Source: Iphione sp. A-MEVVRFRX5 | Taxonomy: Eukaryota | Direction of reading: 5' to 3' | DNA: 64,000 bases | NCBI GenBank assembly: GCA_976226885.1 | Contig: OZ320313.1 | Span: 57,970,001-58,034,000, forward strand | Shown here: piece by piece, positions 27,722 through 42,329 of the stretch | How positions within the stretch are numbered: position 1 is the first letter of the stretch | Layout: every line of letters begins with the position of its first letter | Program-made: the position numbers and the translations under genes | Notes under the pieces: model-generated | Told to the model about the DNA's origin: nothing | The model's input: the letters and a program-made list of their open reading frames with translations, nothing else | Databases searched by the model: none

Positions 27722-30272
27722 CACACCATGCATCAGAGCGTTTTATCAGCTCATGTTGGTAGGTAGTGACTGCCAGCCGACAACACAAAGAGTTCAGTCG
27801 AGTCCAACTTCCGCCCAGCAAAGCTACAGTGCTTATTTGCTGATGGAAATTCCCTTTTCAACTCATTAATCTCCTGTCTAACTATTCCGACTCTTTACCT
27901 TTGCACGTCCGCTTCTCATACATTTCGTTCAATGGCAGCAGATATTTAAGCCAAGCATATCTTGTATACATATTCATGTAGTCTGTTGCCGTATACTGTA
28001 TAAGCACTGGTACCCAGGCAGAAATATCGTCAGCGTGGCACTCGCAGTTTCCTTCCCAAACGCATCGACCTTTGCTTCACAGTCTCCTTCAGCCACCACA
28101 CGCACGACATGCGTCCATGTCCCAAACCTCGGCCACCCTTCTTGGTCACGCGCCAGCCTGCCCACCCATCCACTATCGGCCCAGCCCGCCTCTCCTCCGA
28201 CGCCTCCACCACCTCCTCTCAAAGTCCAGGCCTCCACCTGAGCGGTCGGGCCGACACAATGGCGCAAGCGATGCCTTCCCCCCCGCTAATGAACGTTGCC
28301 GCTCAGGCGTCAGGCCTCTTGTGCGCGTGTCGATGCTCAAAGCGGACTTCCGGTTAATATTCCTGTCACTTCCTGGCCAGCAGGAACGACCATATTAAAA
28401 ACGAGTACACTACTTGTAGCATCGTTTTGAAAGCCAATATTCTTGAAGGTTATCTTAATAGATTTTGATGTTTTTGAGCACTACAGCAGAATAGGAAGAT
28501 ATAGTGACACTGCAGTTTTCAGGCCCACGGGCTGCTGACAGGGCCAAGAGACTGCCTTCACAGTTTAGATAATTAGGAAGCAAATCAGTCCCTGTAGGCA
28601 TGGCCTGTCACATATTGTTCTCAATCAACTACTCCATGATAAATTTCCCTGAGGCAGCAACCGAGGGAACAGGACTGGCACAGGCGAAGTAAGTGCTTCC
28701 GCGGACAACTGCAACCGAACCAAGGGAGCTGACCCAGCCGGATGCTGTCCTTACAATTTTATTACACACTAATCAGCCAGAAATCTCTCCAGCACTACAG
28801 GTGAATTGGCCATACAGACCACAGAAACTACGTTAATGTGATTATCGTCCAGACCTTGTAAGAATGTTATGCCAAACAACTAAATAAACAGAAGAACACA
28901 CTCTTACTTGGAATGTAGTTAAATGAAAGTGATATGATGATTTTCAATGTAAAATAAGTCTCTCAGCCTTCTTGAATACAGGTATAACATGAAAGAAACG
29001 GTGTGCCACGGGCATATTTAATGTATTATTCCAAGAAATTATCAACAAACACAGTCGGAAACAAAAGGACAAAGGAATGGACAAGGAGTTACAATACTGC
29101 ATCCCGTTTCACGGGTACTCTTTCCATTTTGAGTACACCGGATTTAAGGCTCGTTCTTAATTCAGTGAAGCCACCCATCTCTATGTGGCTAATTGCTTAA
29201 TTACAGATCCACGGCAGGAAGCCGAACAAAAACAACTTAAAGATGTAAAAACACCAAGACAGCATTAGCCTTTTTAGGTTTGTGGTTGGGTAAAAGAACA
29301 ATTAAAGGGGGTTGGCTGCGTGTTGAAAGTGCATTCACAACACTGGGATCTTTACCTATTGGTTAATACTGCTTCCTGAAAAGTGATGCTGATGGGGGTA
29401 TCACTACCCTGAGCAGCAATGCACCTGGGTACCTCACCCCCGAAGAAAATATAATTGGGTGACTTGCATACGTGCTTTAAATCATATAGAACGTGAACAA
29501 TATATTCTCACAAGCCCTTTGTAATACAATGTACAACGAAAGCGGCATTCATTTTCTGCAACAACTGATTCGTAGGTTTATTTTACTTCTAGCCATCAAG
29601 AATTATTCATAAATTCACAGCTCAGAAATATGATAACACCTTTCCACTCCAAACCTTTTAGTATGTTTCTTAGAAGAATATATGCATTCAAATCAGTACG
29701 TATGAATGAATATTTTGGTCATTTGGTTCCGCCAACAGTCAGTTTTTATATCAGGTACTACTCCTAAGGTAAATACGAATTTATGCTATTTGGAGCCAGG
29801 ATAATCTGCTATTGGATGGGACAAAAACATTTCTTTCCTTTCTTGTTTGTTGAGAATACAATACGATGAATAGTACTCTAGCCTCTGCGTGATTGCCTGA
29901 GGGGATATAGACCTTGGGCCTAATCAAATTATGTTGTTCGAAGGAAAGACTCGTTAAGCCGAAAGCGCATCAAGGTCAATCTAATGAGCGGAGGCCAGTT
30001 CTTTGTAGGCAATCGGTACCCTGGAGGGACGCCACTATCTGTATGGCAATAGTGTTAACTACTCTTAAGTTGCTCGCTTCTTACCTAGAAAAAGGTAGAC
30101 TATATTCATCATTAGTCAAATTACAACACTTACATCAGGACATATTTACTTTGATATTTACTGGAATTTAATGGAGAAAGGCATGCACTTTCCTCGCGCG
30201 ATTTCGTTTGTCCAAAGATTTTTCAGTCGTGAAAATATGCTGTGATTGCGTTAAAGACAGGGATGCCCTGAT

Positions 30273-30350
30273 TTACTCCTAGAGAAAATCGGGTCTATAA
30301 ACAGATTATCCTTACTCCTAGAGAAAATCGGGTCTATAAACAGATTATCC
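30273..30350. repeat. Perfect 39-bp tandem duplication
   Basis: TTACTCCTAGAGAAAATCGGGTCTATAAACAGATTATCC at 30273-30311 and 30312-30350. Confidence 0.95.
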
Positions 30351-32199
30351 ATGTATAAGAATATATGAAGAAGGGGCACAAACATCAGCAGAAATAATAG
30401 GCAGGCCACGGTGGACTGTTAGGTTGTGATCCAAAGTGGCTGGACTGCATGCCATCAATATACACTGCTGTTTCTCCCTTTACATTAGGAATTCCTGTGT
30501 ATCCCTTCTCTTCCGTCCTGACCCGCACACAAAGACGAAACGCACACAAAGACGATAATACCAGAAAATGAATCCGAGTGATTTTATGCAGTCTGTGGAC
30601 AAAGTTGCACTTCCCAAATTCAATATACATACAATCCACTGAGCTTACCAACTGCTGGCTGCAAATTAAAGTGAGCATAATGTGGTCTGAGATATGAGTT
30701 TTTATCCGTGGCACGGAGGTCACGGCGATAAATATTTGGCGAAGTTACAAGTACAGAGAACGCTTTCAATTACATAAGTCGACAATGGCCGCAGAAAACC
30801 AGTAAAAAATACCTATTTCATCATGGACTCTGAGACCCATCGACCTGACCTGCACAGAGGCAGCTCCTCTCCTTGCGGGCCCCATATAATCTATATCTCT
30901 AGACAGTATGTAATCCCTGACTGCTCACTACATGATATGTGTCTCCCTGTGGCGTTCAGTGATGAATGAGTTGGACATGGGTTAAGACAAGGGGTTATTT
31001 TATTTGACCCTAAGGAACAGCTTCACTCCCCTTCCCCGTCGGCAAGAGGTCCAACATGGTAAGCACAAACTATTTGATATTACCAAATAAGTAAGCTGTG
31101 ATTTGTTAAGTACTTGAACATCGACGCCGTGCACAAGAAAATGCCTTGTTTGCCTAATCCACTATTGTCAATAGAGAGGCCTAAGCTTCCATTTGGAGTG
31201 CAAGTAAAATAACACTTTTGTTTGAGGAAGGAATGACTTTATATCAAAACGGTCAAAGCGTTTGCCGGGGGGTAAACACCAAACGGCGACGTTAACGCAT
31301 TAGTCGGCCGACGAGGAAACATTACACAACTGTCATGTGGAAAAAACGCTGCCCGCTCAGAAATGACGCATTGTGGCCGAATGTTTGCTTGGTGTCGGAT
31401 GAGCACGAATCGATTCCGCTCAGTTTACATCATCAAAAGCGCTCAATCACTCAGCAAGGCTCCGGCCTGAGATGCTGTCATGATTCCTGTCCTCCAACTT
31501 GCTTCCCAAACTGTGTGCCCATCTGTGCCTACCTCACTTGGTTTGCCAGTCTCTCCGCTCTTCGTCCGACAGACTCGTCGAAACTGCCTCCGGTACCCTG
31601 GCCAACCTTTTTTTCCCGTTTCGTCTATTTGCCTCTTACTTTCTTTCCTTTCTTATAAATGATTCTTACGCTACATTCTCCCTACCTGTCTCCCACGTTC
31701 CCTATCTGTTCGATTTGCTCCATTATCGTAACAAGCAAGATTTAATTTTACTTATTATCGCGAGTATTCCTCGACTTTGAGAATCTCCTGACCATAGTCC
31801 AGTTTATATTTTTAGCATTTCGATACCTCTACCATGTATACCTGCTCATACCTGGCCCCCGCTATTTATCTTAATAGCTTCATGTCACCATCTTGATCTG
31901 CATTTTGACTAGTGATATCCCTTGCCTCCCTTAAGAATTATGCATTGTACTGTTGACCATTTATAAGCTAGGTTAGAAAGGTGCTGAAACTAGTAGGCCT
32001 ATTTCATTGGTTTGGGCTGTTACAGGAGCTTGTCTTTGGAAATTTCCATTTATGCTTACCATAAGATCCGTACGAACTGGCTCGTTCCTAATGAAAACAT
32101 CGTCACTAGTCGCATAAAACATTGCGTATCGATACGCAGCTTACTTCTGAGGCACTGCTTGCTGACTTCAGACGGAGCCACTGTTATCTACGGAAATCG

Positions 32200-32400
32200 T
32201 GCCCTGGCCATATTCGAACTCAGCATGGGTGGGTAAGGACAGGTTCGACTGCTTGAGATGCCACAGGACGACCATCGTGGGTGTCGTTTCGTGGCCTCTG
32301 ATGGTAATGAGCTTCTCGGGTGTAACTCTTGGAGAAAGTCGATAGAAGTCATTCCAGCGAGCCAAATCCCCGCCTGGACAGGACAGTGCACACTGTAGTG
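32200..32400 (-). mobile_element. Possible DIRS RNase H-region relic
   Basis: GDLARWNDFYRL resembles DL.WW..FL..; downstream support is weak. Confidence 0.15.
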
Positions 32401-35177
32401 GACCTTCCACCAGTATTACCTTCACTCAAGAAGCGTGGCTCCCAAGAGGTTATGGAACCCGTTGAAGCAGCTCAAGTCCACTAAAGGAGCCACTCGTGCG
32501 CTGTGTCAGGCGCCTCCTGGTAGTCGCCAACTAAATGGAGCCCCTCCCACGGAGTGTTCCAGCTGGCAGCTCCTCTAAGACCGCTGGCCACAGGGGAAGC
32601 TTGTGCTCTGAAGCTATTCCCCTCTTAACAAGTAGATCCTACGGGAATGTAACGCGGGCAACTCGTTTACATTGAGAGAAAAACAGGCAGCAGGTACCCT
32701 TCACCACACGGCGGCTTGAGAAAAACTATTATTCTTGGCCTTTGTATGAGAAGCTTGTCGTATATGTTCTGACTGAGTAATGAGAGCTATTTAAGTATGG
32801 AAGAGGAAACCTCATTGGAATGTAAAGTGTGATACGAGCTAAGCCTTATTGTACTCGGGCGTACCTTCAAGCGCATTTAAAGATTTTCAGTCAGGTTTAG
32901 TCATACCAAACATCATTGCCAGAGTTAGAGAATATGGTTATTTCCAAGCCCATTTCGGTTTTCGGTCAAGATGAAGAAGTGCAATGTGTACGCACCATTT
33001 GACTCCATGAGGCCATCGTCGCAGAGTTGACTGTATTATACGATCTCATATTTAGCGGCCTGGGTGATTTTACGTGTGCATCTTGATTGTTTGTTCATCT
33101 CATAATGCCCAAATGACCCATTCAGGCAGAATAATCCACTAAATTAACGTCTGCCCGGATTGTATTTATAATATTCAAATGCCTAACATCAAAAGCTATT
33201 CGCATAGTGTAATTATATATCCTCGGTATACCTTCCTCTAATAAACCTATTAGAAGTGTTCACCTTACCTTCCAGGCAGATATAAAGTGGCTTCGAGGGT
33301 AGACATTAGGTATGCTACAAAATACATTTCAGAGATGATGTAATAATGAGTTCCCTTGTAGCTTTGTGCACAGCTCTCAGCAATATAGGGTTTCTTTGTG
33401 AATTTCTCCCGAGATTTCAGAATACCTAGATGCTTTTAAACATACACGAAAAGATAAATTAGCTCATTTCATTACTCATATATCCATAAATACGGCAAAA
33501 GTATTATTCACATACCTTTCAGTAGTTACCTATATACATAGCATATGCATGTAAAAGTAAATGGATTGTGCACACATATATGAACCTCATCTTTCTGCGC
33601 ACAGTTTGGCCGTGTCTTCCGACGACATTCGTCTCCAAGCGAGCAATAAATGTCCGATTGGACCCCATTGAAACCCCAAAGGTCCGTACAGAGGAAGAGA
33701 GCAGCAAGCATGAGCTATGGGGTTTATAGCATCCAGCATGCGATCGTCCCTCCATAGACAACAGAAGCAGACCTTGACATGCGATCCCACTACCACTGTC
33801 GTCGGGGGATTGGTCGCTCTCCTGCCGCCCCAGCCGCCTCCTCAGGCTGTCTATAAATGCAGATAGTGGTCTGACAGGTAGGGAGGTGATAAAGTATCGC
33901 AGGCACTGTAAGACGCCCTTTTCCTCTCTAGGGGGTGGGGTGGTGGGCTTCCGTAACTCTGAGCATCACTGGGTTACCACCAGGAGGAGAGAAAAGAGAT
34001 ACACGGCCATAGGGCCTGTCTCTTTCCACACATACGCACACACGCACACACTGACAGACAAATAAACGAAAGCCGATGGGTTTAAGCAGTGTGTTAACTA
34101 TGCACAAGGCGTCATTTCATTATCAGATCTTTTGTTTTCTTACTCGAATTGCTGTGCAAGGATCGACGAGCATTTATAAATGAAACGATAACATCTTTTC
34201 ACACATCCATGAGTAGTGTGAACAGAACAAAGACTCGCGTATGTTTGATTATGTGATTACTTAACGCGTTGTTCAGGTCACCATAAAGTAAGGAATACAA
34301 TGCTTGACTGATACAATTCAGTCTTAATAAAATAACTGTATCAATCATCCACAGAACAACAGGACTGAATGATCACATTGAAACAGAAACACATTAAGTT
34401 CATAATGACATGATTGATCATGAACTAAAAAGAATGGGAAAGAAAAGGACGCGATGAATTTCCAGTCGCCACAAGCAATGCGCCTCAATGGGAAAAGCAT
34501 ATTCATTGAGCGATGACGATTGATCCTCCTTTAGGAGATAAGACCATGACGTCGTTCTGAGCTGCACCTGAGAATTGGTGAGAGCATCACCTTCTTAATA
34601 ACATCTCTTTATCATTATTTCTAACCCAGTCGTATTCTCCTTCCTCATCTACTCTTTCTTTGATACATATCTTCCTGGTTTGCTTCCCCTGCACGCATTC
34701 TTTAACCGCTCCCATACGTGTCCTTTTGGCGTTCCTCGGTGTGACCATCGAATTAATCCACAGAGCTATTTTCTCTTTCCCATCCTCAAACCCCCTTTGT
34801 TTCCTACTTCAGGGGCGACCATCGCATCTATTACTCCCTCCCCTCTCCCTCGAGCCCTCTTATCCCTCCTGACTCATCGTCCTACCTGTCAGCTTGCCAT
34901 TCCGCGAGCCATTATCTCTGTGTCTCCACCCGTTTTCCGTCCCGTCATTTCCCGCACCACCAGCACCTCCAACCTCTCAGCTAATCTCTCCTCGCATTAC
35001 CTCTCTACTCTGCCAACTTCCCGACGCGTAACCCTGAAACCACCTGCTCGCGCCGGGCTGCACCCACTACCAAACCTATCATCCCGTCTATCTCTGTCAA
35101 CCTCTCACCTACCGTGCACATCACCTGTCACCATCTTCTCACCTATTCTCAGTATTCCTTCATCGATAATATATCGT

Positions 35178-35230
35178 TCCTCCTCCTCCTCCTCCTCCTC
35201 CTCCTCCTCCTCCTCCTCCTCCTCCTCCTC
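35178..35230. repeat. Perfect (TCC)n microsatellite, about 17 units
   Basis: Read directly; it ends a C/T-rich tract that starts near 34640. Confidence 0.95.
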
Positions 35231-36319
35231 TTTATCTCGTCGCATTCAGCATTCGTGCATTTCCCCCTAAGTTGCATTCCGGCAAACCATCTACATGTAT
35301 TCCTTCTACCCTGGAGGGCTTGGGTAGAGTTAATTGCTGCTGGTGTTGTCTTCGCCTGACTGTCCTTGCGGCAAGAAGTCGATTGCGATTCAGAGAGTCA
35401 ATCTACGCCCCACGCCTACAGGCCAACAGCGGCTGGCACATCAAAGGACGGGCGACAGTGCAGCCGGCGGCCGGCAGGCGGCGCTTGTTTCTCCCCCCCT
35501 GGCGGTGGGTTACTACAGCATTGTGCGCATGCATCGATCGTGTCCAAAGGAGGTACCCATCCTGGCGGTCGGACTAAGATTGAGAGGCACTTAGTTTGAG
35601 AAGCAAGCACCAGGAGAACTATGATAGAGCTGATGGCTCCGGTGCACATTTTACTTTGTAAAATTGAATAGCGCGTGTATTTTGCCTTATGCATGTACAG
35701 TCAGAAAACCTTAACAGCAACGCTACAAGAGAAAACATAAGTAGAGTATGCTGCAAATGGTAAGAGCACGAGGTAATGTACAGGTGAAGTGTCTTGCATC
35801 AAGAGACATTGCAGAAGTCTGTTGTCGCAAAGCCGCACTTTCCATCAACATTAATGCTTTTTTCATCAATGACTTCATAAATATAAAATATAATTCTGTT
35901 TCATATCATAAAAAAGATCTGAAGAATACCTATACACGCCCTGAATCATTTTGTGTCCGTGTTTGCAGATTCTGCTTTGTTAAAAGCGTCTTTATAAGGA
36001 CAAGATGGACTTAAAATATCTTCACATCCAAATAAGAGCGATGGTACGTGGGGATGTATTGTATAAGTCCCTTAAAACTACACAAAAATCAAATCTGAGG
36101 GCTGGAGGAAAACACCCTGTACATTAACCGTAACTGAGATAGCAATGCTACTGTGACACATTTCGTTCGGATGTGTGTGCAATTAAAGAGATCAGCAACA
36201 ATCACGACGCGTACCATCCGTCGTATACAGGCAAGACCTACTGAAAACAATCTGAAATCTGCGATCTGCCGCTCGGTAATACATAGGTCACACATCAGCA
36301 GTACTAGTACGCGGCAACG

Positions 36320-36536
36320 GTGACGTTAGCACCAATTGACGCCTCCCACTGGCTGTCCTAGTTGTTGGTGAGAACAGGGAGATGGTACTAATGCAAGAGC
36401 GCGGTGAATGGGCAGAGCGAGTCCCGAGCAATGTTATATTGATGTGGGCCTGACTTCTGAGTGAGGCCTCGGGGAGTGCAGTCCCTCTTACCACCACACA
36501 CACTTTGAAATAGCCGTGCTTAAAGCTTGAGGCCAT
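36320..36536 (-). mobile_element. Possible tyrosine recombinase C-terminal relic
   Basis: LLGTRSAHSPRSCIST..TASGRR resembles LG...SAHS.RSGAAT..GRW. Confidence 0.3.
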
Positions 36537-37199
36537 GGGTTACTGGACGCCCAGGCAGGTGGGGTTGGAGCGTTGCGGCATTGGGTGCCTCAACCCCGAG
36601 CGGAAGGATCAAGTCCTGTTGAGATTTCACACTCTGTGTAATGTGGGCCTTTGAGTTTGCACTCGATCCACTCAACTGCCTTTTCCAGGCACATGGGTGT
36701 TACATCGGGTCGTGGTACAGTTTGCTTTGACATGAGCGGATGTGAAACTTGTACTGGTTTGGTGTGACTCTGCTGGCGTCCCCTCTTTTATTACAAATGT
36801 ACTTGACATTACATTTGGTATGGATTGTACGTTAGAACAATGCAGTGGTCCAACCATTGTGTGCGATTATAGCTCCCGTACCTCCTTGTCCTGTTAACAG
36901 CTTATCAGGTCTAAGTGCTTTAGAAATGATCACAAAGTAATTACTATGGTTGATTATAACACCACTTTTGCAATTTGATTGTTATTAGTTGAATTTTACT
37001 TCATAGAATTCACACATTGCTAACGCAGCTACATTTAGGTGCAATGGATTAGGGTAAAATCTGTCGGATACATGTACATATATATTCACCTTTGCCTTTC
37101 TGTAGCAGGTTAGATGTTTGAATTAGCTGTTGTGGTGGTGCCGACTTGCTGCGCAATCTTTTCACCAGGTGGTAGAGACTTGGTAGAGACAGCATTGTT

Positions 37200-37711
37200 C
37201 GGTACCTTCCTTCTGGGGCTTTGGTGTGCTGGTGATTGTCCTGTCAGCTTCGTCTCCTAGTTCCCGTCTGCTACCATGCATACTGGTGGCTGGTGGGCTG
37301 GGACTGGTTTTAGGTCCTTCTGAGCTTCCCATATATACCCCCCGGGAGGTGGTAATGTGGCCATCCCCACTACAGGTTCTATACTGTCTCCTGTCTAAAG
37401 GAGAGAGAACTTATCTAGTTAACTACGGAAGGAGGCATCCACATAGTGTGATCCCTGAGCTTAACTTTACTAAAGTAGGGAGTATGAGGTTCTATGGGGC
37501 TCCTCCCCTCAATACCACCATAAATATTGGAGATTTCTAATGGTTCTGTAGTTCAGAGGTGAAGTTGCCGTTGTGACCCTGCAAATTTGTTCGACCGTGA
37601 CAGAAGTCTCCAATAGTCTTTGAAATAGGTATAACAGTGCCTTGTTCTCTGAAGTTCTCTGTATACCTTAGGTACTGGCGGCGGCCTGAGGTGAATTTGA
37701 GGAAGGCTACA
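37200..37711 (-). mobile_element. Old degenerate Penelope-like RT relic
   Basis: Colinear decayed motifs LPQIH (cf. LPKIH), TYFKD (SYLKD), LEISNIYGGI (MDVTSLYTNI), then after a frameshift SRGVYMGS (SGTAMGT) and RRYRTM (YRYIDD region). Spacing of the middle motifs is close to that of the intact PLE; several stops are present. Confidence 0.45.
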
Positions 37712-40700
37712 TCCTTCTGGTCCGCTGGTTAAATATGCTTTGTACCGGGTGCGGAGCGCGCAAGGCGCTGGTAGCGATTACTCAAAGAGACCAAAGGACT
37801 GCCATTGGTTTCTCCTAGGGCCCTTAAAGAAGAGAACAAAATGGGAAAGGGCCAGTAAGCGACAACACTTCCAAGTGGCCATAAGGGGTGTGGTCGATAT
37901 GCAATCTCGGCGAGAGAAAACTCTTGTTTACCCGATCACAATAGGCTTATTCGACATCTCAAAGACACGTCATTGTCACTGGCCGGCTAGTATAAGCCAC
38001 ATCGATCCCACGCAGGGCTGTGGTTGCCTGTAGCGTCCTTCTCACCATATAACCACGGGCGTCCTCTCCATTATCGCTCCTTTTTTCCAACTTATGCCAT
38101 CCTATACACAGCTCTTGCACAGTTTATTTTAGGCGAAATCATATTTATTCACACTGTAAAGAGGGATTAGAAAATCAGGCAAGGAGTATGCCAAATTAAA
38201 TTGGAAAGATACATTCTACCTTTGACTGAGCCCAAGTTTCAGCCATTTACAAGGAGAATACAACAAGGTTTTATCAAATTCAAACTATCCTCTTAATGGA
38301 AATCATACTACATAGCTCAATAATTATGCCTACTTACGGCTTAAGACCAACTGCTTATCATATAATACGCACCTGTGAGAGAACATAAAAACATTCAATA
38401 GAAAAAATACAGAAGAAAATATGTTTCTTGTCTAGATGTAAAAAATATACAAATATGTTTTTAACAGAAACTTTTTTAACGTGGAAATACAATATTTCCT
38501 TGCTGAAAGATGATGCTGATGGGCGTATCGCACTAGATTTTTCCCTTGGTGCGGAGCCCCCATTTCGGTGAGCATGCGGCACCGGAAGTACTTGGCAATA
38601 TATCAACGCCGCGTCCGGCTGCATAATAGATGAACCCATTTACACTCTGCTCTGAGTCGCACTCTGTCTGACAGATGGCACCTCCGTCTCTCACATAATA
38701 ACCGGATAACGGGCGAAAAATGGGCGCCCCTGCACTCAGGCCAGGACATAAAATCAGGTGCCGTGTCCAGCCTCCTTCCCCCACCTTCATTCAGCCTCTC
38801 AGTTAGCGTCTTGGTTGAAATGAAATGTTGATTATATGATGTATGAAACATATTTGACTAACTATGCAGGGAAATACTATCACCGGAAAAGAAACAATAC
38901 TCATACTTCAAACATAAAAGCGAAATATTCAAAGTCTATAGCTTAGATTAAAGCAAGAGAGAGTTGCAATAAGAGGTATGGCATTAATTTTTAATGCTCT
39001 ATCAACTGTCTGATCCGTACAATCCATTCTTTCTTATTCAGGTTTCATACATGTTGCTTTTTCTGTAAATGTACTGTCTGAAAGTGATCTCATCTTTTGA
39101 TGGATACAAATTTAGTTTCACAGAGTAGGACAGGACAGGCAAGACGCTAGATTCAAAGCACATGCATTAAGACATGATGCATTTAAGAATGATAATTCTT
39201 CAAATTAATCAAAACATCAAGACCTTGTCATAGATCGATATTCTAAAACGAATAAAGTGCTGATAAAATCTATATAAGATAACATTACGATATGTACATC
39301 TGTATCTCCAGTCCGCTGCGTATACAACTACAAAATGTTTTTTCTCGGTTTCTCCCGAGAAAAGGACACTCCGAGTTACTGGCCACTGGTACTTTCATAA
39401 ACTTCTGTCTAGAATCCTGAAAGCTGTCTCGAAATTCGATGAACAAGAGAGTTTCATAATGTGAGCTGTCAGTAATTTCCGTTGACAGCGTGATGCACAC
39501 GAAGATGTAATTTATGTGATATATGATAGCCTGATTACCCCTTTTCCCAAGTATTTTTGAAAAACAGCACATTTTGGACATTCAGACGAGGGCTACCTGA
39601 GTGGCCAGTTTGGACGCAGTAAAGGAGCTGCTCCTTGCGTGCCGGGTAACACGTCGTCCAGAGGCAGCAGGCTGGTTGGTTGTAACTGATAATATTTGCA
39701 TAACAAACCTCTCCGCATAGAGGAAATATCTGAAGTCAAAGGCAAAGCATTAGTCTATTACCGTGCAAGAGACAATGCCCCAATCATCTCTCGTTCACCC
39801 TTGTCAAGCAGAAGGCTTTGACCAAGATCTCACAATACCAGGTCGAAGCAGAAAAATGCACGACAGAATCTTTCTTTGGGGCTTCTAGATGGTGGTCGAT
39901 GTGTTGGCGCAGATTTGCGGGCGATGGGTGAGGGTGGCGATCTGTGGGTGGCGGAGGCAGGGGTGGCCGCTCTTGTCAGCGAAGCACTCAAACTTTCATG
40001 GTTCGAGCGCATTGATAGATGCCTGCTCAGGCTATGTATTACCGTTCAGCCTGCGGCTGAAGGAGGGTTGCTCTAGCACACCGACCTAACATATCTTTGG
40101 CAAGAAAAGAATGGCCACGAGGCCAGGTTAAACGCAAGGGCATAATTTGTGCAGGAAGACAAACGGAAGGAAAAGGCGATCGGAATGGCACGAGGGGACC
40201 TAGCGAACGCTAGTAAACATGGCTCTTTATCTCGGCTCTTGCCAAGGGCGGGACCAGTAAGGCATGCGGTGCATTTCGGCTGCAGTAAGTATTTATCTAT
40301 CTACCAAACAATGTCCTCTTTTACGCTGCAGTACTCCGGAGATTGTAGTACTGGCAATAAAGGTCGCTTATCCAGCGACGAAGCCGTTCCCTTTTGTATA
40401 TGACACTCCATGGTATCTTAGCACGCGAGCCCCGAACTTATAACATGTATTTGTCTTTGTGTAATGGTAAGCTGAGGCTTTCCTTATATCATGCAATTAG
40501 ATGATTGAATACTTAAAAAAAATTGCTCCCTTTTAGACGAAACGAGAATTTCATCAGCTGTAAGACCGCAACTATATTTCGTTCAGTATTTTACTTTTCA
40601 TTCATATTCTCATTTCACCGACGTTTTAAGCCTCCAATAATAATTACAAGTACATATGGGATGACGATTTGTGTGAAAAAGTGATTTAAAATGTTTGCCA

Positions 40701-42329
40701 TACTAGCTCATTTGGTGGAGAATTCTTGCCATCAAAAATGATCATTAGGTTTTCGGTATTATCTAGTCAAAAAACAACTGCAAGAGTGGTTGTATACAAT
40801 TGCACGATACCTCGCAACAGAAGTCTTCTGAATTTAATCATGTGGCTAGTTATAGCATCGGCAATAGCTTTTGTTTGCAGAAGCCCGGAGTGGTGCGTCC
40901 ATAGACCACTCGTAGGTCATACCATCCTGATGGTTCAATTTATGGAGCCCCCTTGCGATAGAACAAGACACCTAGGGGCGAGTCAAGATATCACGTGGAG
41001 TTCCGTGGATTGCTCCTTCTCGAGGCAATACGGACTATGGACAGTGGTTGGAGATAAGTCGGTGCAATTAAGTAGGGAGGGGCAGAGAGATATGGCGACG
41101 GCGCAGTGTTGGCTGCCAGTACAGTTGCCCGGGTGACGCTCGCGGGCAGCATTATCTACTAAGATACTGACTACGAATATAGCAGGCACATGGAATGAGC
41201 AGCTCTTTAGGCACTTAAAAGGGCTACTGCTGAAACAATTATAATCCGAAGTAAGCATATTACAAAAACTCGTTAATGAATATGCTCATGTGATTTAGTT
41301 AGCGGATGGAACAGAAAAACAAACGATGGGCCAGGCTGTATGCCACGTATTTGTGCATATGCTGGCAATTTGGCAATCTGTTAATTAACGCCTCACTCGC
41401 CCAAATGGAAATTATAGTAAAACCGTTAGTAGAACCGCTGCCGAATGCATATCTATGACACAAGAGGATCAGCACATCGGCCATAACCTTTTTTTCCGGG
41501 AAACTGAACAAGAAAATGTATTGGTTGCTAAATGAAAATCTAAACTAGTTGTACACGTATCATCTTGAATTATCTACAGAGCTATGTTCTCTGACGGTTA
41601 TAATGCGCTCTGTCTTGCGTTGGTCTATATATAAATGTTCTCTGAACTTACGCCTACGTGTACTAGTTACATACAAGCACTGTAGGTGTTCATCATAGGA
41701 TCTAGCAGATCACGTGGTTGCCCACGATAACACCGGGCCACCATCCGTCAGGCTGCAAGGCCTCCTATCTGCCTTATCTGCCTGCTCTCGCGCTACGCAT
41801 CGTCAGGGGCATCTGTCACTGTCGCACAAAACGCGAGCACTAGTGAATGGCTGCATATAACCACTGCCAAGCGCCCATACATGTATGGTATCGGATATGT
41901 ATTGTGAAAGGTTTGCCAATATTCTATAGCAGATTTGCTCTATTCATTGGACATCATGTTGCTACTTTTCAGATTTTTCCTCCTGTACATACATTCGCTG
42001 TGCGCTTCTTTCAGGACTCTTTGTCACAATGTTCGTGTGCACTCGCTGTGAAGATGAAGAAGCCTTTTAATGAGGTGGCATTAAGCAAAATAAAGAGTTG
42101 AAATTGTAAGTGTAACTTCGGTAGGAGCACATTCTTATATAAACATCATTCTTAGGGTCGAGAATGCGAGTATTATTCTCCAACGTGTAAAAATAATAAA
42201 GCCAGACACTGTGAATGTGATCAGACACATTTTACGCGGTAGAATTAAATTCTTCTCGACAGAATGAGAATATCATATTTAAGATCAATCAGGACTAGGC
42301 GTAGGTTGTTTAGCGCCATTGTTTTTGCC

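Noticed and set aside
34680-35359. Ser/Pro/Leu-rich ORFs of 196 and 81 aa
   Set aside because: Artefacts of the C/T-rich tract and the (TCC)n repeat.
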